This document shows, in pieces, positions 8,040-18,847 of a DNA stretch of 24,000 nucleotides; the first letter of the stretch is position 1, and the number at the start of each line of letters is the position of its first letter. The stretch lies in contig CALRRL020000006.1 of the NCBI GenBank assembly GCA_943370565.1, positions 89,157 through 113,156 on the forward strand, written 5' to 3'. The translations under genes were made by a program, and so were the position numbers. The notes beneath the pieces were generated by a model, which was given only the letters and a program-made list of their open reading frames with translations, was not told the DNA's origin and searched no databases. This DNA comes from Synechococcus sp. UW140 (GTDB taxonomy: Bacteria; Cyanobacteriota; Cyanobacteriia; PCC-6307; Cyanobiaceae).

Positions 8040-8280
8040 GGATCCGGGGCGAAACGGAGGCAGGCGGGACTGTATCGCCGTTTCCCAGGAGACCACCGGC
8101 CGAATTCCGCTTTGTTGATGGTCCCCTGGCGGGTGCTCCCGCTCACCGGCGCCAGCAACACACAGCCCGCTGGGCCCGACCCGCGCCCCAGCAGCGCCCC
8201 AGCCGCGACCGGGCCGCGACCGGGCCGCCTGGCAGGTCCCGGGCCTGGCCAGGGCCGGCTCGGCCACGCCCGCTCCTGGC

Positions 8281-9435
8281 CTAGCCCTCGAGGGGCACCA
8301 GGGCCGGCCGGCTGCCCAGGGGCGCCAGGGGCAGGCGCAGGGGGAAGCGGTCCTCCTGCAGCTGGCGCAGCAGCTCCTCAGCGATCGAGGCGGCCAGCCG
8401 CGGGCTATGGGCCGGCGCACAGGCCACCAGCTGGCCATCGACCGGAATCTGGCCGGCCAGCAGCTGGCTGTAGGGCACGGCCCCAAAGCTGGGACGGATG
8501 CGGCGCGGGATCGAAAAATCCAGCACCGGCGCCTCCAGGGAGTGGTCTGGGGTGGCGGCCTGGCGGGCCACGGCCAGGCTGATCAGGGGCACGGGCGCCG
8601 CGATCGCCACCAGCAGGGCACTGCCATGGCCCTCAAAGAAACAGGCCCGCAGCCACTCGGGACGCAGGCCCTGCAGCTCCACCGTCAGGGCGGCCACGGC
8701 CCCGGGGCTGCGGGCGTGGCCGCTGGCCAGGCGGCGCGGGTTGGGCTGGTGGCCGCTGCCCGGGCCGCTCACCCAGCCCAGGGCACCCGCCACCAGCACG
8801 GGGGACCCGGGGCCCAGCAGGGCCAGCCCCGGCATGGTGAGACCGATGCTGGCGGCGCCGGAGCAGCCGTAGAGGGCGGTGCCGAAGGGGCCGAGCAGGG
8901 GCCCATAGGGGCTGCGGGTGAGGCCCTCGGCGCTGCTCACCGCCACCACGCCGTTTTCGACGATGCCCCGGTGCAGCAGCAGCCGGCCACTGCCGATGCG
9001 ATCGAGGCCGAGCCGGCTCTCCAGCTCCCGGCGCGGATGCAGGGCCGTGGCATCGCCGCTGGCGCTCAGGTCCAGCTCCTGGCCCGCCAGCAGGGCCGCC
9101 AGCACCTGGGCGCCGCCGCGGCGCAGGGGCTCCACCAGGCCACCACCGATCGGCAGCACCAGGTCGGTGCTGCCATGGCCGCCCCAGCCCTCCACCCCAT
9201 CAAGCTGGAAGCGGCGAATCCGGATCGGCGGATCACTGGGGCCCAGGTTGAGCACCAGGCTGGCCTGGTCCGTGAATTCGGCCGTGCTGGCCACCACCAC
9301 ATCGGTGGCGGCATAAGCCGCCTCCAGCCCCTCGGCGGCCACCCGCTGGCGGAAGGCCAGCGCCGTGCTGACACGCAACTGGCCACGGGCCTGGCGCTGC
9401 CGCAGGTCGGCCTCGCTACGGGGCTGGGGGGCCAT
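8281..9435 (-). CDS. DUF39 / COG1900 family protein (homocysteine-biosynthesis-like domain)
   Basis: TDVVVASTAEFTDQASLVLNLGPSDPPIRI resembles the DUF39 signature as I recall it (VDVVTTGTFG...NFG.SDPPIK). Further Gly-rich blocks lie downstream. It is one uninterrupted 384-aa ORF. Confidence 0.7.
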   Translation of the reverse strand: MAPQPRSEADLRQRQARGQLRVSTALAFRQRVAAEGLEAAYAATDVVVASTAEFTDQASLVLNLGPSDPPIRIRRFQLDGVEGWGGHGSTDLVLPIGGGLVEPLRRGGAQVLAALLAGQELDLSASGDATALHPRRELESRLGLDRIGSGRLLLHRGIVENGVVAVSSAEGLTRSPYGPLLGPFGTALYGCSGAASIGLTMPGLALLGPGSPVLVAGALGWVSGPGSGHQPNPRRLASGHARSPGAVAALTVELQGLRPEWLRACFFEGHGSALLVAIAAPVPLISLAVARQAATPDHSLEAPVLDFSIPRRIRPSFGAVPYSQLLAGQIPVDGQLVACAPAHSPRLAASIAEELLRQLQEDRFPLRLPLAPLGSRPALVPLEG

Positions 9436-9480
9436 GGGCGGAACAGTCGATAAACTGGGTGTTGCTAGAGACGGTCATCG

Positions 9481-12174
9481 ATGGCGGATCCAACCGGTCC
9501 CGGCGAATCCGACGGGCGGATCATCCAGACCGACCTGCGCAACGAGATGTCGCGCTCCTATCTGGAGTATGCGATGAGCGTGATCGTGGGCCGGGCCCTG
9601 CCCGATGCCCGCGATGGCCTCAAGCCGGTGCATCGCCGCATTCTTTATGCGATGTACGAGCTGGGCCTCACCAGTGACCGGCCCTACCGCAAATGCGCCC
9701 GGGTGGTGGGGGAAGTGCTCGGTAAGTACCACCCCCACGGCGATACGGCGGTCTACGACGCCCTGGTGCGCATGGCCCAGGACTTCTCGATGCGCATGCC
9801 CCTGATCGATGGGCATGGCAACTTCGGCTCGGTCGACAACGACCCGCCGGCAGCCATGCGCTACACCGAATCCCGGCTGCAAGCCCTCACCACCGACAGC
9901 CTGCTCGAGGACATCGAAGCCGAAACCGTCGATTTCATCGACAACTTCGATGGCTCCCAGCAGGAGCCCACCGTGATGCCGGCGCGGGTGCCCCACCTGC
10001 TGCTCAACGGCTCCTCGGGCATCGCCGTGGGGATGGCCACCAACATCCCGCCCCACAACCTCACCGAACTGATCGATGGCCTGCTGGCCCTGATCGCCAA
10101 CCCCGAGCTGGACGACCGCCAGCTGCTGGCGATCATCCCCGGCCCCGACTTCCCCACCGGCGGCCAGATCCTGGGCCGGCGCGGCATCCGCGAGGCCTAC
10201 ACCACCGGCCGGGGCTCGGTGACCATGCGCGGCGTGGCCGCGATTGAAACCGTGGAGGGCAAGGGTCGCCCCGACCGGGATGCGGTGATCATCACCGAAC
10301 TGCCCTACCAGACCAACAAGGCGGCCCTGATCGAGCGCATTGCCGAGCTCGTCAACGACAAGAAGCTCGAAGGCATTGCCGACATCCGCGACGAAAGCGA
10401 CCGCGATGGCATGCGCATCGTGATCGAACTGCGCCGGGATGCCTATCCCCAGGTTGTCTTGAACAACCTGTTCAAGCTCACCCCCCTGCAGAACAATTTC
10501 AGCGCCTACATGCTGGCGCTGGTCAACGGCGAGCCGATCCTGCTCACCCTGCGCAAGATGCTGGAGGTGTTCCTCGACTTCCGCATCGAGACGATCGAGC
10601 GGCGCACCCGCTACCTGTTGCGCAAGGCCGAGGAGCGCGACCATCTGTTGCTCGGTCTGTTGCTTGCGCTCGAGCAGCTTGATCCGATCATCGCCCTGAT
10701 CCGGGCCGCCGCCGACGCCGCCACCGCCCGCCAGCAGTTGCAGGAGCGCCATGGCCTCAGTGAGGTGCAGGCCGATGCCATCCTGCAGATGCAGCTGCGC
10801 CGCCTCACCGCCCTGGAAGCCGACAAGATCCGGCTGGAGCATGAGGATCTGGTCACCAAGATCGCCGACTACAAAGACATTCTCGGCCGGCGCGAGCGGG
10901 TGCTGGGCCTGATCGAGGAGGAGCTCCAGGCCCTGCGGGCCCGCTACGACTCACCGCGCCGCACCGAGATCCTCGATCTTGAAGGCGGCCTCGAAGACAT
11001 CGACCTGATCGCCAACGAGCGCTCGGTGGTGTTGCTCACCGAAACCGGCTACCTCAAGCGCATGCCGGTGAGCGAATTTGAAGCCACCAGCCGCGGCACC
11101 CGCGGCAAGGCGGGCACCAAGAGCCAGGGTGAAGAGGGCGTCAAGCTGTTCATCAGCTGCAACGACCACGACTCCCTGTTGCTGTTCAGCGACCGCGGCG
11201 TGGTCTATTCCGTGCCGGCCTACCGGGTGCCGATCTGCAGCCGGGCCGCCAAGGGCACGCCGATCGTGCAGTTGCTACCGATCCCGCGCGAAGAACTGAT
11301 CACCTCCCTGCTGGCAGTAGGCGGCTTCGAGGAACACGAGCAACTGGTGATGCTCACCAGCGGCGGCTACATCAAGCGCACCCGTTTATCGGCCTTCGCC
11401 AACATCCGCTCCAATGGCCTGATCGCCATCGCCCTGGAAGACGGCGATGCCCTCTGCTGGGTGCGCCAGGCCCTCCCCGGCGACAGCGTGCTGATCGGCT
11501 CCCACAAGGGCATGACCATCCACTTCCGGCTCAGCGATGAGGAGCTGCGGCCCCTGGGTCGCACCGCCCGGGGCGTGCGGGCCATGAACCTGCGGCCCGG
11601 CGATTCCCTGGTGAGCATGGATGTGCTGCCGGCCGAACTCGCCGACCAGGTGGCCAGCTCCGCCGAGGGCGAGCTGGAGGGGGAAGGGGATCTGGAGGCC
11701 GAAGGGCTGGAGGAGACGGCCGCCAGTGAGGGGCCCTGGGTGCTGGTGGCCTCGGCCAGCGGCCTGGGCAAACGGGTGCCCGTGAACCAGTTCCGCCTGC
11801 AGCGCCGCGCCGGCATGGGCCTGCGGGCGATCAAGTTCCGCCGCGAGGGTGATGCCCTGGTGGGCCTCAAGGTGCTGGGTGCCGGCGAGGAACTGCTCCT
11901 GGTGAGTGAGCGCGGCGTGATCGTGCGCATGCGCTCCGATGCCATCCCCCAGCAGTCCCGCGCCGCCACCGGCGTGCGGCTGCAGAAGCTCGACAGCGGC
12001 GACCGCCTCGCCGAAGTGGTGCTCGTGCCCCCCTCCAGCGACGAGGAGGAGGGGGCCGTTGGGGAAGGCAGCCTGGATGCGTTGCCCCTGGAGGCAACGC
12101 CTGAGGCATCCTCTGCAGCCAGCCCCGCTCCGGCGGATCAGGCCGCTGGGGCCGCCACCGACGACGACGCCTGA
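9481..12174 (+). CDS. gyrA: DNA gyrase subunit A
   Basis: [39 protein letters not shown] and AAMRYTE (active-site Tyr region) are present. The C-terminal beta-pinwheel repeats and an acidic tail follow. Confidence 0.97.
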   Translation: MADPTGPGESDGRIIQTDLRNEMSRSYLEYAMSVIVGRALPDARDGLKPVHRRILYAMYELGLTSDRPYRKCARVVGEVLGKYHPHGDTAVYDALVRMAQDFSMRMPLIDGHGNFGSVDNDPPAAMRYTESRLQALTTDSLLEDIEAETVDFIDNFDGSQQEPTVMPARVPHLLLNGSSGIAVGMATNIPPHNLTELIDGLLALIANPELDDRQLLAIIPGPDFPTGGQILGRRGIREAYTTGRGSVTMRGVAAIETVEGKGRPDRDAVIITELPYQTNKAALIERIAELVNDKKLEGIADIRDESDRDGMRIVIELRRDAYPQVVLNNLFKLTPLQNNFSAYMLALVNGEPILLTLRKMLEVFLDFRIETIERRTRYLLRKAEERDHLLLGLLLALEQLDPIIALIRAAADAATARQQLQERHGLSEVQADAILQMQLRRLTALEADKIRLEHEDLVTKIADYKDILGRRERVLGLIEEELQALRARYDSPRRTEILDLEGGLEDIDLIANERSVVLLTETGYLKRMPVSEFEATSRGTRGKAGTKSQGEEGVKLFISCNDHDSLLLFSDRGVVYSVPAYRVPICSRAAKGTPIVQLLPIPREELITSLLAVGGFEEHEQLVMLTSGGYIKRTRLSAFANIRSNGLIAIALEDGDALCWVRQALPGDSVLIGSHKGMTIHFRLSDEELRPLGRTARGVRAMNLRPGDSLVSMDVLPAELADQVASSAEGELEGEGDLEAEGLEETAASEGPWVLVASASGLGKRVPVNQFRLQRRAGMGLRAIKFRREGDALVGLKVLGAGEELLLVSERGVIVRMRSDAIPQQSRAATGVRLQKLDSGDRLAEVVLVPPSSDEEEGAVGEGSLDALPLEATPEASSAASPAPADQAAGAATDDDA

Positions 12175-12199
12175 GCCAGCTGCCCCAGCGGCGGACTGC

Positions 12200-12222
12200 C
12201 TGGCTGTTGACCCCACAGCCAG
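12200..12222 (+). terminator. Stem-loop downstream of gyrA (possible terminator or RNA-stability hairpin)
   Basis: CTGGCTGT-TGACCCC-ACAGCCAG is a perfect 8-bp stem, 26 nt after the gyrA stop. No U-tract follows, so intrinsic termination is uncertain. Confidence 0.35.
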
Positions 12223-12288
12223 GGCGGCGATCGGTCTGGAGGGTGCCGAGGGGCCGCCCTAGGCTCGGGCGTTGCACCCTGAGCGCCT

Positions 12289-13620
12289 GTGCCCAGCCCC
12301 AGCGAGCCGGCCCCAGTCGACAGGGCTGGGCAGACGCCGATGCGGGCGCCGCTCGACCCAGCCGGTGATGGGCCGGTGGATGTGCTGGTGGTGGGCGCCG
12401 GGCCGGCGGCCCTGGCGATCAGTGCGGCCCTGGCGGCCCATGGCCTTCGCCTGGCCGGCGTGGCCGAAACCGATCCGCAGGATCCCTGGCCCAACACCTA
12501 TGGCATCTGGGGGGAGGAGCTCGATCGCCTTGGCCTCGCGGACCTGCTGGAGCATCGCTGGAGCGAGAGCATCAGCGACTTCGGTTGCCGGTTCGGCGAT
12601 GACAGCGGGCGCGTGCGGCACCAGCGCGACTATGGCCTGTTTGATCGCCGCCGGTTGCAGGAGCACTGGCTCGCCCCCTGCCGGGCGGCCGGCATGGCCT
12701 GGCATCAGGATCGGGCCCTGGCGATCGAGCACCACGGGCTGACCTCCACGGTCAGCACCGCATCAGGCCGGCAGCTGCGGGCGCGGCTGGTGGTGGATGC
12801 CTCGGGCCATGGGCCCGTGTTCGTGCAGCGACCCCAGGGCGGGCCGATCGCCGGCCAGGCGGCCTACGGCATCGTCGGCCGCTTCAGTGCGTCGCCGGTG
12901 GAGCCGCAGCAGTTCGTGCTGATGGACTACCGGGCAGATCACCTCAGCGCCGCGGAACGGCAGGAGCCCCCCACTTTTCTCTATGCGATGGACCTCGGCG
13001 AAGGGCGCTTCTTCGTGGAGGAAACCTCCCTGGCCCTGGCCCCGCCGCTGCCCTTTGATCAGCTGCGGCAGCGCCTCGAGCGGCGGCTGGCCCAGCGGGG
13101 AGTGGCGGTGCTGGCGGTGGAGCACGAGGAGTTCTGCCTGTTTCCGATGAACCTGCCCCTGCCGGATCTCGACCAGCCCGTGGTCGGTTTCGGTGGGGCG
13201 GCCAGCATGGTGCATCCGGCCTCGGGCTATCTGGTGGGGGCCCTGTTGCGCCGGGCGCCGGTCCTGGCTGCGGCGATCGCCCGCGGCTTGACCACGGCTG
13301 GCCTGGACTCCGCTGCCGTGGCCCGCCAGGCCTGGCAGGCCCTCTGGCCACCGGAGCTGCGCCGCAAGCACGCGCTCTACCAATTCGGCCTCGAGAAGCT
13401 GATGCGGTTTGACGAAGCGCAGCTGCGTCATTTCTTCGCCAGCTTCTTTTCCCTGCCCCAGCCCCAGTGGTCGGGGTTTCTGGCCAACACCCTCACCGTG
13501 CCGGAGCTGGTGACGGCGATGCTGCGCCTGTTCGCGATCGCCCCGGCGGATGTGCGGTGGGGCCTGTTTAGCTCCCAGGGGCGCGAGCTCAGCCTGGTGC
13601 GGCCGTTGCTCTGGCCCTGA
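12289..13620 (+). CDS. crtL: Lycopene beta-cyclase, CrtL type
   Basis: The FAD fold DVLVVGAGPAALA is present, with long collinear blocks typical of cyanobacterial CrtL (NTYGIWGEELD, FVLMDYR, PPTFLYAMDLG, CLFPMNLPLPDL, VVGFGGAASMVHPASGY, YQFGLEKLMRF). An alternative start is ATG 12340. Confidence 0.9.
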   Translation: MPSPSEPAPVDRAGQTPMRAPLDPAGDGPVDVLVVGAGPAALAISAALAAHGLRLAGVAETDPQDPWPNTYGIWGEELDRLGLADLLEHRWSESISDFGCRFGDDSGRVRHQRDYGLFDRRRLQEHWLAPCRAAGMAWHQDRALAIEHHGLTSTVSTASGRQLRARLVVDASGHGPVFVQRPQGGPIAGQAAYGIVGRFSASPVEPQQFVLMDYRADHLSAAERQEPPTFLYAMDLGEGRFFVEETSLALAPPLPFDQLRQRLERRLAQRGVAVLAVEHEEFCLFPMNLPLPDLDQPVVGFGGAASMVHPASGYLVGALLRRAPVLAAAIARGLTTAGLDSAAVARQAWQALWPPELRRKHALYQFGLEKLMRFDEAQLRHFFASFFSLPQPQWSGFLANTLTVPELVTAMLRLFAIAPADVRWGLFSSQGRELSLVRPLLWP

Positions 13621-13631
13621 CCAGACCAGGC

Positions 13632-14810
13632 CTAGGCGGCAACCGTCGCCCCGGCGCAGGAACTGCCCTGGCCGGCGGTGCAGCCGAAGCAGTGGTTGCC
13701 GAGGGCAATCGGCAGACCCGGCAGGGATTCGGCGTTGACCTCGGCGAGGGTGCGCGGCGCCGAGGTCCCCCCAGCCGCAAGGGGCAGGTCCAGCATCTGG
13801 TTGAAGTCGCAGTCGTGCAGCTGGCCGTCGGGGGCCACCGACAGGGTGTCGCGGCACATCAGGCCGCAGAGGGCGGCGGGATTGAAGGCCTGGGCGAGCT
13901 GGTCCAGGTAGGGGCCCACCTGGCCCTGGGTGTGAAGCTGCTGCAGGAAACGGGCGATCGGCATGTTGTTGAGGCCGATCAGCCGATCGAAGGTCACCCC
14001 CTCCCCGGCCAGGCGGCGCCGCCAGGCCGCCGTATCGCAGGCGGTGAGCTGCTGCAGGGCCTGGCCAGCTGGATTGCTCATCAAGGTGAGCACCCGATCG
14101 GGATCCCCCTGGCCGTAGCCCAGCTGGTTGAGCCGGCGCAGGGCGGTGAGCGAGCCGGCCCAAGTGCCCTCGCCCCGCTGGGCATCCGTGCCGTCCGCCT
14201 CGGGGGCCGGCAGGCTGGCGACGATCTCCACCTGGTTGTCCGCCAGGAAGGCAGCCAGGTCGGCCAGGGCCGGCAGCAACAACACGGTCAGGTTGCTGCG
14301 GTCGATCACCCGGCAGCCCTGGCGGCGGGCCGCCAGCACCAGGCGCCGGAAGGCGCCGTGCAGCTCCGGAGCGCCGCCGGTGAGGTCCACCACCTGGGGA
14401 CGCAACCGCCCGATCGCCTCCAGGCACTGCTGCACCACCGGCTCCGCCATCTGGCTGGTCCCCTGATCCGGCCCGGCATCCACGTGGCAGTGGCTGCAGC
14501 GCATGTTGCAGAGGCGCCCCAGGTTGAGTTGCAACACCCGCAGGGCTGAGCGCCGCGGCGCGGCCAGCTGGCGCCCGGCCAGGGCGGCGCCGAAGCCCGC
14601 CTGCGGCGCCAGGGCCGCCTGCAGCAACTGGCGTTGCTGCGCGGGTGCCAGGGCCTGGGGCCGCCCCGGGGCAGCGGTGGTCGGGAGGGTGGTGGTCACA
14701 GGGGCAGGGGATCGGCCAGCGGGGCCGTGATGGGACTCAAACAACTTGCTTCCGCCGCAAGGCGGGCTCTTGGGCAGGGGCGAGAAGGGCGGGGGCGCCG
14801 CGGCCTGCAT
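13632..14810 (-). CDS. Radical SAM / Cys-rich domain protein of the ArsS (arsenosugar biosynthesis) family
   Basis: The CX3CX2C cluster motif is in LNLGRLCNMRCSHCHVDAGP. A C-terminal Cys-rich tail (GNHCFGCTAGQGSSCAG) is typical of this family. The start is uncertain between ATG 14810 and GTG 14699, because a lower-GC stretch with a small hairpin lies between them. Confidence 0.75.
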   Translation of the reverse strand: MQAAAPPPFSPLPKSPPCGGSKLFESHHGPAGRSPAPVTTTLPTTAAPGRPQALAPAQQRQLLQAALAPQAGFGAALAGRQLAAPRRSALRVLQLNLGRLCNMRCSHCHVDAGPDQGTSQMAEPVVQQCLEAIGRLRPQVVDLTGGAPELHGAFRRLVLAARRQGCRVIDRSNLTVLLLPALADLAAFLADNQVEIVASLPAPEADGTDAQRGEGTWAGSLTALRRLNQLGYGQGDPDRVLTLMSNPAGQALQQLTACDTAAWRRRLAGEGVTFDRLIGLNNMPIARFLQQLHTQGQVGPYLDQLAQAFNPAALCGLMCRDTLSVAPDGQLHDCDFNQMLDLPLAAGGTSAPRTLAEVNAESLPGLPIALGNHCFGCTAGQGSSCAGATVAA

Positions 14811-14946
14811 CCCAGGGTGGTGGGCAGGCCGGCGGGACCGCAAGCCCGGCGGCCTGCCTGGCTGATGGCCAGGACTAAGGGCCAGGCCGAGCGGCCCCAG
14901 CTGCCGGCTCCAGAGCCCTTCGGCCGCCCCCGGGGCAGGGGACTGG

Positions 14947-16596
14947 CTAGGCGCCCATGGACCAGCTGGCCCAGTCGGCGGCATTCACCAGGGGGAAGAG
15001 GCCATCCTCGGCCTGGACCGCCGCCAGCCAGCCGGGGGGCGGTTCCGTGCCGGCATCGATCGCCGCCATCAGGCGCCAGTAGCGCTCCAGGTGGCGATGG
15101 ATCCGCTCCCGGGCCAGGTCGGTGGTGGTGCCGGCCCGCAGGATGAAGCTCCAATCGGAGCTCTGGGCGAGCAGCAGCTCCCGGGCCGCCTGGTGGAGCA
15201 GGTCCCGGGCCCGGGGGCTGCCAACACCCCGGTTCACCTGCTCCACCATCACGGTGGAGGCCCGGTGCCACTCCGGCACCACCCAGGCGTTGCTGTCGTT
15301 CAGCCAGTAGTTGTGGTAGCCCCCCTGGCCCCAGCTCGAGGGGGAGGGTTGGCAGACCTGCAGGGCGTCGCCGCGGCTGAGGGTGTCGCGCAGGGTCACC
15401 AGGGTGACGCCCTGGTCGGCCGCCTGGCGGAACAGGGCCTCCAGGAACTGGGGCCCTTCGTACCACCAATGGCCAAACAGCTCGGCATCAAAGGGGGCCA
15501 CCAGCAGGGGCCGCCGGGCCATGGCACCGGCCAGGCCCGCCAGCTGGGCCGCCCGACCGGCCAGGTAATCGCCGGCGTGCGCGGCGGCGAGGCCCCTGGC
15601 GGCGGCGGGGTCGTAGGGCTGCTTGCCATCGAGGGGGCACGCGTGGCCGCTGACGCGGTGCAGCTTCAGGCCCAGGGGACGGGGGCAACCGATGCCGAGG
15701 GCGGCCAGGTCCTGGGGGTCCAGGTCCCAGCCCAGGTCGCGGTGGAACTCCCGGTAGGCCGCCTGGCCCGGATAACCATCGCGGGCGCTCCACACCGGCA
15801 GGGTGGCCTCACTGTCCCGGCCGAAGAAGGCCATGCCGGCGGGCGAACAGATCGGCGCGTACACGCCGTAGCGGGGTCGGGGCAGGCCATGCAGCAGGCC
15901 ATGGCCATCGAGCACCGCGTAGCGCAGGCCGCAGGCCACCAGCAGCTGGTCAAGGCCTTCGTAGTAGGCGCATTCCGGCAGCCAGATCCCCTGGGGCCTC
16001 ACCCCCAGCAGGCGCTCGTGCTCCCGCACCGCCGTGAGCAGCTGGGCCCGCACCGCCTCGGGCCGGTTGCGCAGCAGGGGCAGGTAGCCGTGGGTGGCGG
16101 CACAGGTGAGCAGGTCAAGAACTCCCTGCTCCTGCAGGCGACGGAAGCGGGGCATCAGGTCGCCGCCGCAGGCCTGCCAGGTGGCCTGGGCGTGGTGCAA
16201 CTGCTGGGCCAGGGCGGCACTGGCCTGGGCGTAGGCCGCCGGGGCCCGCTCCAGCAACTGCAGGCGCACAGCCAGCCAGGGTGCAAAGCGCCCCGCCAAC
16301 TGGGGGCTCGCCATCAGCGAGAGCAGGGTGGGCGACAGCCCCAGGCTGAGCCGGGGCCGCTGGCGGGGATCGGCCGCTGCCGCCTCCAGGGCATCCAGCA
16401 GGGGCAGATAACACTCCAGCAGGGCCTGGAAATACCAGTCCTCCTCCAGGGAACCCGGCTCGCTGGAGAGCACATAGGGCAAATGGGCATGGAGCACCAG
16501 GGCCAGGTCCCCCCCGGCTGGTGCTCCAACGGGGCGATCGGCGGACGCAGGAGTGAAGCTGGCCTCGTCGCCGGCAGCCAAGACCCTTCCCCGCAT
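14947..16596 (-). CDS. Glycoside hydrolase family 57 protein (GH57 alpha-glucan branching/processing enzyme)
   Basis: The N-terminal GH57 signature LALVLHAHLPYV is present, with HGYLPLL, WLPECAY and a C-terminal LLLAQSSDWSFIL block. The start is set at MRGRVLAAG (ATG 16596). The tracked ORF start at 16902 would overlap the divergent NYN gene. Confidence 0.85.
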   Translation of the reverse strand: MRGRVLAAGDEASFTPASADRPVGAPAGGDLALVLHAHLPYVLSSEPGSLEEDWYFQALLECYLPLLDALEAAAADPRQRPRLSLGLSPTLLSLMASPQLAGRFAPWLAVRLQLLERAPAAYAQASAALAQQLHHAQATWQACGGDLMPRFRRLQEQGVLDLLTCAATHGYLPLLRNRPEAVRAQLLTAVREHERLLGVRPQGIWLPECAYYEGLDQLLVACGLRYAVLDGHGLLHGLPRPRYGVYAPICSPAGMAFFGRDSEATLPVWSARDGYPGQAAYREFHRDLGWDLDPQDLAALGIGCPRPLGLKLHRVSGHACPLDGKQPYDPAAARGLAAAHAGDYLAGRAAQLAGLAGAMARRPLLVAPFDAELFGHWWYEGPQFLEALFRQAADQGVTLVTLRDTLSRGDALQVCQPSPSSWGQGGYHNYWLNDSNAWVVPEWHRASTVMVEQVNRGVGSPRARDLLHQAARELLLAQSSDWSFILRAGTTTDLARERIHRHLERYWRLMAAIDAGTEPPPGWLAAVQAEDGLFPLVNAADWASWSMGA

Positions 16597-16647
16597 TGGG
16601 ATCACTCTAAGCTCTGCCCCTAGGCTGATCCGATCAGACGAGGCGCC

Positions 16648-17184
16648 ATGCAGCTGGCCTTGGCGGTTGATGGCCACAGCATGTTTTACACCCAGCAAAA
16701 GCTGGGCTGGTTCTTCGACCCGCGCCGGCTGATGGAGCTGGCCGCATCCCAGGCGGACCTGGAGGTAGGCAGCGCCTTCTGGTACCTGGGCCTGAAGGAC
16801 AACACCGACCAGCGCCCCTTCCGCGATGCCCTCACCAGCCTGGGCTTCAGCGTGCGCACCAAGCCCCTGCGCGAATTCGGCCATGACCCGGACCAGCGCC
16901 ACTTCGCCCGGGCCAACCTGGAGGTGGAGATCGCCCTCGATCTGATGGCCGTTTCGGGCCGCACCGATGTGGTGTGGCTGCTCAGTGGCAGCCGCGACCT
17001 GGAGCGCACGGTGGAGGTGCTGCGGGCCCGGGGCCTGAAGATCGTGCTGATCAACACCGATGGCATGGTGCCGCGGGAGTTGCGCAATGCGGTGGACCGC
17101 TTCTGGGACCTGGCCAGCCTGCGGCCCCAGCTGGAGCGGTCCGAGGCCCTGCAGGCGCCGGTGTTCAGCCGCAACACCCCCTAG
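16648..17184 (+). CDS. NYN/LabA-like (PIN-related) domain protein
   Basis: [10 protein letters not shown]...[46 protein letters not shown] fits the NYN/DUF88 pattern of acidic residues on a Rossmann-like fold. Confidence 0.75.
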   Translation: MQLALAVDGHSMFYTQQKLGWFFDPRRLMELAASQADLEVGSAFWYLGLKDNTDQRPFRDALTSLGFSVRTKPLREFGHDPDQRHFARANLEVEIALDLMAVSGRTDVVWLLSGSRDLERTVEVLRARGLKIVLINTDGMVPRELRNAVDRFWDLASLRPQLERSEALQAPVFSRNTP

Positions 17185-17221
17185 ACTGGTCCCAACTCAT
17201 ACTCATTCCGCCTTTCGTCCC

Positions 17222-18847
17222 ATGGCCCGCGATCCCAGCCGGGTATTGATCTTCGATACCACCCTGCGCGATGGGGAGCAGTCCCCAGGCGCCAGCCTCA
17301 ACCTCGAAGAGAAGCTGGCGATCGCCCAGCAGCTGGCCCGCCTCAGGGTGGACATCATCGAAGCGGGCTTCCCCTTTGCCAGCCCCGGCGATTTCAATGC
17401 CGTGCAGCGCATCGCCGCCAGCGTCGGCACGGCCGATGGCCCGGTGATCTGCGGCCTGGCCCGGGCCGCCAAGGGCGACATCAAGGCCTGCGCTGAAGCG
17501 GTGGCACCAGCGGCGCGGCGCCGCATCCACACCTTCATTGCCACCAGCGACATCCACCTCGAGCACAAGCTGCGCAAGAGCCGCGCCGAGGTGTTGCAGA
17601 TCGCCGCTGAGATGGTGGCCTATGCCCGCTCCCTCGTCGATGACGTGGAGTTTTCCTGTGAAGACGCCGGCCGCTCCGATCCCGAATTCCTCTATCCGGT
17701 GATCGAGGCGGCGATCGCCGCCGGCGCCGGCACGATCAACATCCCCGACACGGTGGGCTACACCACCCCAGCCGAATTCGGCGCCCTGATCAAAGGGATC
17801 AAGGAGAATGTGCCCAACATTGACCAGGCGGTGATCTCGGTCCATGGTCACAACGACCTGGGCCTGGCCGTGGCCAATTTCCTCGAGGCCGTCAAAAACG
17901 GCGCCCGCCAGCTCGAATGCACCATCAATGGCATCGGCGAGCGGGCCGGCAATGCCTCGCTCGAAGAATTGGTGATGGCGCTCCATGTGCGCCGCAGCTA
18001 TTTCAATCCCTTCCTGGGCCGGCCCGCCGACAGCAGCGAGCCGATCACGGGCATCCGCACCGAGGAGATCTACAAAACCTCACGGCTGGTTTCGAATCTC
18101 ACCGGCATGGCGGTGCAGCCCAACAAGGCGATCGTGGGGGCCAATGCCTTTGCCCATGAATCGGGCATTCACCAGGATGGCGTGCTCAAAAATCGCCTCA
18201 CCTACGAGATCATCGACGCCCGCACCATCGGCCTGGCCGATAACCGCATCTCCCTCGGCAAGCTCTCCGGCCGCAGTGCCTTCCGCGCCCGCCTGGAGGA
18301 GCTCGGCTACACCCTGGAACGCCAGGACCTCGACGATGCCTTCGTGCGCTTCAAAGAGTTGGCCGACCGCAAGCGCGAAATCAGCGACCGCGATCTTGAA
18401 GCGATCGTCAGCGAGCAGGTGCAGCAACAGGACGAAGCCCGCTTTAGCCTCAAGCTGGTGCAGGTGAGCACCGGCACCAACCTGCAGCCCACCGCCACGG
18501 TCACCCTGATTGATGGCGACGGCAGTGAACGCACCGAAGCGGCGATCGGCACCGGTCCGGTGGATGCGGTCTGCCAGGCCCTCAATCGCCTCGCCCAGGT
18601 GCCCAACGAGCTGGTGGAGTTTTCGGTGAAATCGGTCACCGAAGGGATTGATGCCATGGGCGAGGTCACGATCCGGCTGCGCCGCGATGGGGTGCTCTAT
18701 TCCGGCCATGCCGCCGACACCGACATCGTCGTGGCCGCTGGCCAGGCCTTTGTCAATGCCCTCAACCGGCTGGTGGCCGGCAGCCAGCGGACCCCCCTCC
18801 ATCCCCAGCTGGCGCCCCTGCCCCTGGCCGAGCTGCCGCGGCTATGA
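17222..18847 (+). CDS. leuA: 2-isopropylmalate synthase
   Basis: [40 protein letters not shown] and the C-terminal LeuA dimerisation/regulatory domain are present. The start is at MARDPSRV, and the tracked upstream extension overlaps the NYN gene. Confidence 0.95.
   Translation: MARDPSRVLIFDTTLRDGEQSPGASLNLEEKLAIAQQLARLRVDIIEAGFPFASPGDFNAVQRIAASVGTADGPVICGLARAAKGDIKACAEAVAPAARRRIHTFIATSDIHLEHKLRKSRAEVLQIAAEMVAYARSLVDDVEFSCEDAGRSDPEFLYPVIEAAIAAGAGTINIPDTVGYTTPAEFGALIKGIKENVPNIDQAVISVHGHNDLGLAVANFLEAVKNGARQLECTINGIGERAGNASLEELVMALHVRRSYFNPFLGRPADSSEPITGIRTEEIYKTSRLVSNLTGMAVQPNKAIVGANAFAHESGIHQDGVLKNRLTYEIIDARTIGLADNRISLGKLSGRSAFRARLEELGYTLERQDLDDAFVRFKELADRKREISDRDLEAIVSEQVQQQDEARFSLKLVQVSTGTNLQPTATVTLIDGDGSERTEAAIGTGPVDAVCQALNRLAQVPNELVEFSVKSVTEGIDAMGEVTIRLRRDGVLYSGHAADTDIVVAAGQAFVNALNRLVAGSQRTPLHPQLAPLPLAELPRL

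Noticed and set aside
9475-10842. 455-aa minus-strand ORF antisense to gyrA (also 11367..11969 and 11386..12216)
   Set aside because: gyrA on the plus strand is unambiguous. The antisense translations are low-complexity.
12763-14427. 554-aa minus-strand ORF across crtL and the ArsS-like gene
   Set aside because: It is antisense to crtL and out of frame with the radical SAM gene. It is an Arg/Pro/Gly-rich artefact.
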